DNA from: Okeania sp. | GTDB taxonomy: Bacteria > Cyanobacteriota > Cyanobacteriia > Cyanobacteriales > Microcoleaceae | Direction of reading: 5' to 3' | Assembly (NCBI RefSeq): GCF_035285525.1 | Contig: NZ_JAYKGW010000249.1 | Coordinates: forward strand, 1 to 10,602 | DNA length: 10,602 nucleotides | Shown here: positions 5,332 through 10,602 of the stretch, piece by piece | Layout: each line of letters starts with the position of its first letter | Numbering within the stretch: the first letter of the stretch is position 1 | Notes under the pieces: model-generated | What the model was told of the DNA's origin: nothing | The model's database searches: none | Seen by the model: only the letters and a program-made list of their open reading frames with translations | Made by a program: the position numbers and the translations under genes

Positions 5332-7440
5332 ATGAAATATCCCAAACAACCTCTAACATATCCTGTCACTGAAAAAACAGACACAACAGAAAATTATCAC
5401 GGTATTCAAGTTCCCGATCCTTATAGATGGTTAGAAGAACCAGACTCAGAAAAAACTCAAGATTGGATAAAATCTCAGAACGAAATTACCTTTAATTATC
5501 TGACAGAAATTTCCGAACGAGAAACCATCAAAAAACGACTAACAAAAATCTGGGATTATGAAAAATATAGCGTTCCTTTCCGAGAAGGCGATCGCTACTT
5601 CTATTTTAAAAATGATGGTCTACAAAATCAAAGTATTTTATATACTTTACCTACCCTAGATGCAGAACCAAAAGTTCTCATCGACCCCAACAAATTATCA
5701 GAAGATGGAACAGTCGCTCTTTCTAGAATTTCCATTAGTAATGATGGTAAATTAATCGCCTATGGTATCTCTAAATCTGGTTCAGACTGGCAAGAATGGC
5801 GCATCAAAAATATTGAAACAGGAGAAGATTTGCCAGATATTTTGCAATGGATAAAATTTAATCAACCAACTTGGAAAAATGATAATCAAGGATTGTTTTA
5901 TAGTCGCTACGAACAACCACAAAAAAAAGAATTAGAAGAAACTAATTATTTGCAAAAAGTTTACTATCATACTTTAGGTACTGCTCAAAATGATGATGTA
6001 CTTATCTATGAAAAACCAGACCAAAAAGAATGGTTATTTAATTGTTCTGTGACAGATGATGGCAAATATTTGATTTTGGTAATTAGTCAAAGTACAGAAA
6101 ACAAAAACTTAGTTTTCTACAAAGATTTAACCATACCAAACTCCCCAATAGTAGAACTAATTAGTGAATTTGAAGCACAATATAGTCTGATAGATAATGA
6201 TAATAATATCTTTTGGTTTGTCACAGATTTTAATGCTCCGAAAAAACGAGTTATTGCTATAGATATAAATAACCCCCCATCTCCTTCCTTAGTCACAGGA
6301 AAAAATAAAGATGAATGGCAAGAAATTATTCCCGAAACAACAGATACATTGATAGGAGTAAACATACTTAATAATCAGTTCGTTGCTTTCTATTTAAAAG
6401 ATGCTCATACTCAAATAAAAATCTTAAATCTTGATGGTTCTCCAGTCAGAAATGTAGACTTACCTGGTATTGGTTCCGTAGGTGGTTTTCATGGCAAACG
6501 TTACGACAAAACCACATTTTATAGTTATGTTAGTTTCACAACTCCCTCAACTATTTATCAGTACGATATGGTGACAGGTGAAAGTAAAATTTATCGTCAA
6601 TCAAACGTAGATTTTCATCCCGATGAATTTGAAACCAAGCAAATTTTTTATAATAGTAAAGATGGTACAAAAATTCCCATGTTTATTATTCATAAAAAAG
6701 GTATCAAACTAGATAGCAATAACCCAACTATTCTTTACGGATATGGAGGATTTAATATTTCTATAACTCCCAGCTTTTCTATTAGTAGATTAGTCTGGTT
6801 AGAGATGGGAGGAGTTTATGCCATAGCCAATATTCGTGGAGGTGGAGAATATGGTGAAGAGTGGCATCAAGCAGGAACAAAACAACAGAAACAAAATGTA
6901 TTTGATGACTTTATTAGTGCTGCTGAGTGGTTGATAGAAAATAACTTTACTTCCTCAAAAAGATTAGCTATTAAAGGAGGTAGTAATGGTGGTTTATTAG
7001 TGGGTGCTTGTATTACTCAAAGACCAGAATTATTTGGTGCTGCTTTACCCGCAGTAGGAGTATTAGATATGTTACGTTTCCATAAATTTACTATTGGTTG
7101 GGCCTGGGTTTCTGATTATGGTTCTCCAGATAATCCAGAAGATTTTAAAGCTTTATATGCTTATTCTCCTCTACATAATTTAAAGTCAAAAATATCTTAT
7201 CCTCCAACTTTTGTTACTACTGCTGACCATGATGATCGAGTTGTTCCAGCTCATAGTTTTAAGTTTATTTCTGCTTTACAAGAAGTTCATCTTGGAGATA
7301 ATCCGGTGTTAATTAGAATTGAAACTAAAGCTGGTCATGGAGCAGGAAAACCTACTACGAAAATAATAGAAGAAATTACTGATGAATTTGCTTTTTTGCT
7401 GAGGAATTTTGAAATAGAATTACCTGAAAATTTTCAGTAA
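5332..7440 (+). CDS. Prolyl oligopeptidase (prolyl endopeptidase), peptidase family S9A
   Basis: A 702-aa ORF with the N-terminal YHGIQVPDPYRWLE motif and a beta-propeller-length middle region. The catalytic motifs are GGSNGG (Ser codon 6982-6984), ADHDDRVVP and KAGHGAGKP. Confidence 0.95.
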   Translation: MKYPKQPLTYPVTEKTDTTENYHGIQVPDPYRWLEEPDSEKTQDWIKSQNEITFNYLTEISERETIKKRLTKIWDYEKYSVPFREGDRYFYFKNDGLQNQSILYTLPTLDAEPKVLIDPNKLSEDGTVALSRISISNDGKLIAYGISKSGSDWQEWRIKNIETGEDLPDILQWIKFNQPTWKNDNQGLFYSRYEQPQKKELEETNYLQKVYYHTLGTAQNDDVLIYEKPDQKEWLFNCSVTDDGKYLILVISQSTENKNLVFYKDLTIPNSPIVELISEFEAQYSLIDNDNNIFWFVTDFNAPKKRVIAIDINNPPSPSLVTGKNKDEWQEIIPETTDTLIGVNILNNQFVAFYLKDAHTQIKILNLDGSPVRNVDLPGIGSVGGFHGKRYDKTTFYSYVSFTTPSTIYQYDMVTGESKIYRQSNVDFHPDEFETKQIFYNSKDGTKIPMFIIHKKGIKLDSNNPTILYGYGGFNISITPSFSISRLVWLEMGGVYAIANIRGGGEYGEEWHQAGTKQQKQNVFDDFISAAEWLIENNFTSSKRLAIKGGSNGGLLVGACITQRPELFGAALPAVGVLDMLRFHKFTIGWAWVSDYGSPDNPEDFKALYAYSPLHNLKSKISYPPTFVTTADHDDRVVPAHSFKFISALQEVHLGDNPVLIRIETKAGHGAGKPTTKIIEEITDEFAFLLRNFEIELPENFQ

Positions 7441-8094
7441 GTATTTTCTGTAATGCTACGGAAACAGCTTTTTTATAAATGAAATAAGCATTAGTTTAAT
7501 TTCTACTTTCATAATGATGGAAAAATGCTTCTTTACTTCTCTATTTTTCAGATTAAAATCCCATTTTTTCCATCATTAAATATTTCTATCAATACCTTGC
7601 TTACTAAAAACTATAAACATTTTCATTCTCTGAGCTTCCCAAAAAAAATCGCCCTTGACGGGATTATCGGTTGCATTCTTACTAAAATTGTGATACTATC
7701 TATTTAAATGGGTTTATGTGCCCATATACATGATTTTTTATTCAACTAAAAAATCAGAAATTTTCTCATTATCTCTAGTGAATAATTTTTTTTGCTTAAA
7801 ACTATATATTTTGAGAGATTATTATAATTTCACCAAAAAATTTATCTCAACTAATACATAATTTTGCGGAATAGTAAAGGTAACTTATGTAGAGAAAAAT
7901 CGAAGAAACCTAAAGCTATTTTGATAACTAAGTTTCAGCTTTTGTGTACTCAATCAAAAAAAATTTTAATTTGCTTTAAAAAAAATTAGAGCTATGTAAC
8001 AATCCAAAAATTGGCTGATGTTAACTTTATACATAAAAACTTTACTTTATTATAATCAAAAATTGCTTATTCTCAAGTAAAAACATTAATTCCA

Positions 8095-8124
8095 TTGACT
8101 AGCAAATTCTGTCAAGTATATAAT
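8095..8124 (+). promoter_or_regulatory. Sigma-70-like promoter candidate: TTGACT (8095-8100), 18-nt spacer, TATAAT (8119-8124)
   Basis: Near-consensus hexamers about 70 nt upstream of the ATG at 8192. AT-rich context makes chance matches common. Confidence 0.4.
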
Positions 8125-8191
8125 ATACATCTTTTCTGAAAAAATCAAAATTAAACAAAAAATTCCTTGAAAAAAGGAGGTGAACAACAAT

Positions 8192-8419
8192 ATGACATCA
8201 ACAAATTATGCTCGCTTTATCAATTTTTTACAAAATGAACTATCTATTTCTTCTGCTTCTATAGCAGTTGCTGAACGAGCTAGTGTTACTTCAGAATTAT
8301 CATATCCTCAACCAGACTCTAATGCCTTGTCGATGATTTTGTGGCAATATGGTTTAGTTACTTTAGAACAGTTAGATAAAATATTTGATTGGCTACAAAA
8401 TACTTATGATTTTAATTAA
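8192..8419 (+). CDS. Small conserved cyanobacterial protein (resembles the DUF2949 family as I recall it)
   Basis: The ORF track starts at GTG 8180, but AAGGAGG (8174-8180) sits 11 nt before ATG 8192, so 8192 is the likelier start. The C-terminal LWQYGLVTLEQLDKIFDWL motif is typical of a cyanobacteria-restricted small protein family. Confidence 0.75.
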   Translation: MTSTNYARFINFLQNELSISSASIAVAERASVTSELSYPQPDSNALSMILWQYGLVTLEQLDKIFDWLQNTYDFN

Positions 8420-8423
8420 ATAA

Positions 8424-8535
8424 GGAGTAGGTCATTTCAGTTATCAGTTATCCGTATTTGTAGGTTGGGTTGAGGTAACGAAACCCAACATCAACCCAAA
8501 ACATCATTAGGGAGTAGGAAGTAGGGAGCAGGTGA
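8424..8535. repeat. Cluster of short cyanobacterial intergenic repeats: GGAGTAGG-type units, CAGTTAT x2 (8438-8451), and hairpin GTTGGGTT-N10-AACCCAAC (8464-8489)
   Basis: Direct reading. An alternative pairing is GGGTTGA (8467-8473) with TCAACCC (8491-8497). GGGAGTAGGAAGTAGGGAGCAGG lies at 8510-8532. Confidence 0.6.
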
Positions 8536-8651
8536 AAATAGTTGATAATTTCTTTGGCATAATTAATTTATTATAGCTATTCAGCTCACTTTTTCCTAAG
8601 TCATCTTGTCAAATAGAATTTTAGACAAACAAATTTTTAATAATAAAGGAA

Positions 8652-8786
8652 GCAAGTATTTAGTTTAACTTTTACTTTTACTACATTTTGAACTAGAGAA
8701 TTAAAGTAGAATAACGAGTAGTTCAATTTGCTAACAAAAGCTAATTTAACTAACTCCTAAACACTAAATACTTGCCTTGATTTTTT
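8652..8786. repeat. Long inverted repeat GCAAGTATTTAGT (8652-8664) / ACTAAATACTTGC (8763-8775), with inner pair TTGAACTA / TAGTTCAA and a trailing T6
   Basis: The outer arms are 13 bp and perfect. The inner arms are 8 bp (8689-8696 / 8720-8727). TTTTTT lies at 8781-8786, and an A/T-rich run sits on the other side. This could be an sRNA, a terminator or a MITE-like element. Confidence 0.5.
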
Positions 8787-8944
8787 ATTATCAAAGATTT
8801 CTAATAGTAAAATTTAGTTTATCAATTTAGCTAGAAATAAATACTTTATCTAACTATTAATATCCTCATCTTCCCAATTTACTACTAATAACAATTTCCT
8901 CACTCAAAGAAAGCTAAAAATCATACCTCAAAATTAAAGATTAC

Positions 8945-9033
8945 AGGACTTACGCATTTTTGAGTTTCAACACTAAATAATCTATAACATTGTCATCTTT
9001 GAACTCTATATCTAGTTTGTTTGCGTAAGTCCT
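8945..9033. repeat. 12-bp perfect inverted repeat AGGACTTACGCA / TGCGTAAGTCCT separated by 65 nt
   Basis: Direct reading: arms at 8945-8956 and 9022-9033. Confidence 0.55.
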
Positions 9034-9065
9034 AAATTAATCAAGATAGATAGTATGACCTAGTT

Positions 9066-9096
9066 TAATAAAAATGGCATCACTACTTATCTGCCA
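9066..9096 (-). terminator. Weak intrinsic-terminator candidate downstream of the aminotransferase gene
   Basis: On the minus strand, TGGCA-N12-TGCCA (9075-9096) is followed by TTTTTATT (complement of 9066-9074). The stem is only 5 bp. Confidence 0.25.
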
Positions 9097-9105
9097 ATTT
9101 CATTA

Positions 9106-10260
9106 TCATTCAGTTAAAACTTTGGCAGCAGCAGTTACACCAGCTCCTGAAGCAAAAGAACCATATTCCAACTCTCCTAAAGTAGCTTCCAAAGCAGCGA
9201 TCGCCGTCAGAATATCTCTGTCACAGACAAAACCCAAATGTCCAATACGGAAAATTTTCCCCTTCAGATGGTCTTGTCCACCAGCTAAAGCAATATCAAA
9301 ACGCTTTTTCATAATGGACCGGACTTTTTCTGCTTCTATTTCTGGTGGTGGAGCAACTGCTGTCACAGCAGGACTAGCTACTGCATCTGGACCTAATAAA
9401 GGTAAACCTAAAGCCTTAACTGCTGCACGAGTCGCATTCTTTAAACGTTCGTGTCGAGCAAAAATATTTTCTAATCCTTCAGCTTGCATCATTCTTAGTG
9501 TAGCTTGCAGGCCAAAGAATAAATTTACTGGTGGAGTAAAAGGCGTGGTATTTTTAGCTGCATCTTTACGATATTTACCTAAGTCTAGATAATAGCGTGG
9601 TAACTTAGCTGTTTCATAAGCAGTCCAAGCTTTAGGTCCAACTGCCACAAAAGCCAAACCAGGAGGTATCATGTAACCTTTCTGAGAACCAGAACCAACC
9701 ACATCAAGGCCCAACTCATCTATAGGTACGCTGACTGCCCCAAGACTTGTCACAGCATCTACAATAATTAAAGCTTCACCATGAGCCTTAACATGACTAT
9801 TAATAGTTTCTAAATCATTCAAAACACCTGTAGATGTTTCGCTATGAGTAAGAATAACTGCTTTAATTTGTTTGTCCTTATCCGCTTCTAGGTGTTGACG
9901 AAATTCTTCTGTGTCTAGAGGCTTGCCCCACTCAGCTGTAATTTTCTCAACTTCAACGCCATAAGCTATTGCTACTTCTGCCCAGCGATCGCCAAATTTA
10001 CCATTACATCCACATAGTACGCGATCGCCAGGACTCAGGAAGTTAATTATACCAGCTTCCATAGCTCCAGTACCACTTGCTGCTAGAATCAATACATCAT
10101 TTTTAGTTTGATGGAGCCATTTGAGGTTTTCTGTGACTTCGGCCATAATTTTAGAAAAGTCTCCACTTCTATGGCCTATTGGATGTTTAGCCATTGCTAG
10201 TAATGCTGTTTCTGGTACTGGAGTAGGTCCAGGAATCATTAACATTTGTTTATCATCCAT
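9106..10260 (-). CDS. Class-V PLP-dependent aminotransferase of the serine-pyruvate / alanine-glyoxylate family (the type historically annotated in cyanobacteria as soluble hydrogenase small subunit)
   Basis: A 384-aa ORF with the N-terminal LMIPGPTPVP motif, THSETSTGV, and the PLP-lysine motif SGSQKGYMIPPG. AAGGAA lies 8 nt upstream of the ATG on the minus strand. GC content is higher than its surroundings. Confidence 0.93.
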   Translation of the reverse strand: MDDKQMLMIPGPTPVPETALLAMAKHPIGHRSGDFSKIMAEVTENLKWLHQTKNDVLILAASGTGAMEAGIINFLSPGDRVLCGCNGKFGDRWAEVAIAYGVEVEKITAEWGKPLDTEEFRQHLEADKDKQIKAVILTHSETSTGVLNDLETINSHVKAHGEALIIVDAVTSLGAVSVPIDELGLDVVGSGSQKGYMIPPGLAFVAVGPKAWTAYETAKLPRYYLDLGKYRKDAAKNTTPFTPPVNLFFGLQATLRMMQAEGLENIFARHERLKNATRAAVKALGLPLLGPDAVASPAVTAVAPPPEIEAEKVRSIMKKRFDIALAGGQDHLKGKIFRIGHLGFVCDRDILTAIAALEATLGELEYGSFASGAGVTAAAKVLTE

Positions 10261-10602
10261 TTTTTTCGTTCCTTTATTGTGTTTTATTTGTTTAGTTTCT
10301 ATGTTTAGTTATACATAAGTTTGGTACAGAAAAAAGTTACTTTTTCTTTAAGATTCCTGACTTAAAATTTTGGGAAATTTTTAGTATTTTTTTTAGTTAT
10401 CGAATAGTTATTTAATTCAAAATCATAAATTTATTCAATTTTTTTTGCGTAATTTTTTCTTGACTCTTTTTTGAGAAAACTAATCATAGGGAATAAATAG
10501 TAATTAAAGACATATCAATTTTATTTCAATGGTGTACAAAATTTCATTGTAAATTATTATGCTGCAAAATACTATAGCATTTTCATTAAAAATGCGATAA
10601 CT

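Noticed and set aside
4682-5650. Diversity-generating retroelement (template/variable repeat pair) explaining the diverged peptidase fragments
   Set aside because: Differences between copies are not restricted to adenine positions (C/T, G/C and G/A changes and indels). No reverse transcriptase is present, and the fragments carry stops and frameshifts.
6117-6365. 82-aa antisense ORF inside the prolyl oligopeptidase gene
   Set aside because: It overlaps a high-confidence CDS and has no independent support.
7525-7707. 60-aa ORF in the spacer downstream of the peptidase gene
   Set aside because: The product is Ile/Leu/Phe-rich low complexity. There is no SD sequence, and the ORF is barely above the ORF-track minimum in AT-rich DNA.
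9074-9592. 172-aa plus-strand ORF
   Set aside because: It is antisense to the well-supported aminotransferase CDS. Its Ala/Ser/Pro-rich composition is typical of reverse-frame shadows of a higher-GC gene.
10121-10318. 65-aa plus-strand ORF overlapping the aminotransferase start
   Set aside because: It is an antisense shadow ORF that extends into the promoter region, with no supporting signals.
10460-10488. TTGACT at 10460-10465 as the -35 box of a promoter for a gene beyond the window
   Set aside because: No acceptable -10 hexamer lies at 16-18 nt spacing (ATCATA/TAATCA only). The downstream gene is unseen, so the call cannot be supported.

Overview
AT-rich cyanobacterial chromosomal window. 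The assignment rests on six copies of the HIP1 octamer GCGATCGC, a small cyanobacteria-type protein, and Nostocales-style heptamer and palindromic intergenic repeats. The right part (5332-10602) is ordinary core genome: a prolyl oligopeptidase (S9A), a small conserved cyanobacterial protein, and on the minus strand a class-V PLP aminotransferase. These are separated by long, ORF-free, repeat-rich spacers. The left part (1-5331) looks accessory. It starts inside a 56-bp tandem hairpin repeat, followed by about 750 bp of non-coding DNA with iteron-like direct repeats. Next comes a 259-aa putative DNA-binding ORF bracketed by two copies of a MITE-like element. Then comes a translationally coupled gene pair: a 196-aa double winged-helix-like protein and a 637-aa P-loop NTPase. 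The NTPase carries clear Walker A and B motifs, a candidate PD-(D/E)xK nuclease motif, a Pro-rich internally duplicated linker and a degenerate ComEA-like helix-hairpin-helix tail. I do not recognise this pair as a named defence system, so it is the best candidate for an undescribed system. The junction with the core genome is a recombination scar. Three tandem ~136-bp diverged pseudo-copies of an internal segment of the downstream peptidase gene are fused onto the 3' end of the NTPase ORF. They are followed by a decayed second copy of the NTPase C-terminus. No rRNA, tRNA, CRISPR array, transposase or integrase is visible. All domain calls are motif-level readings by eye; no searches were run.
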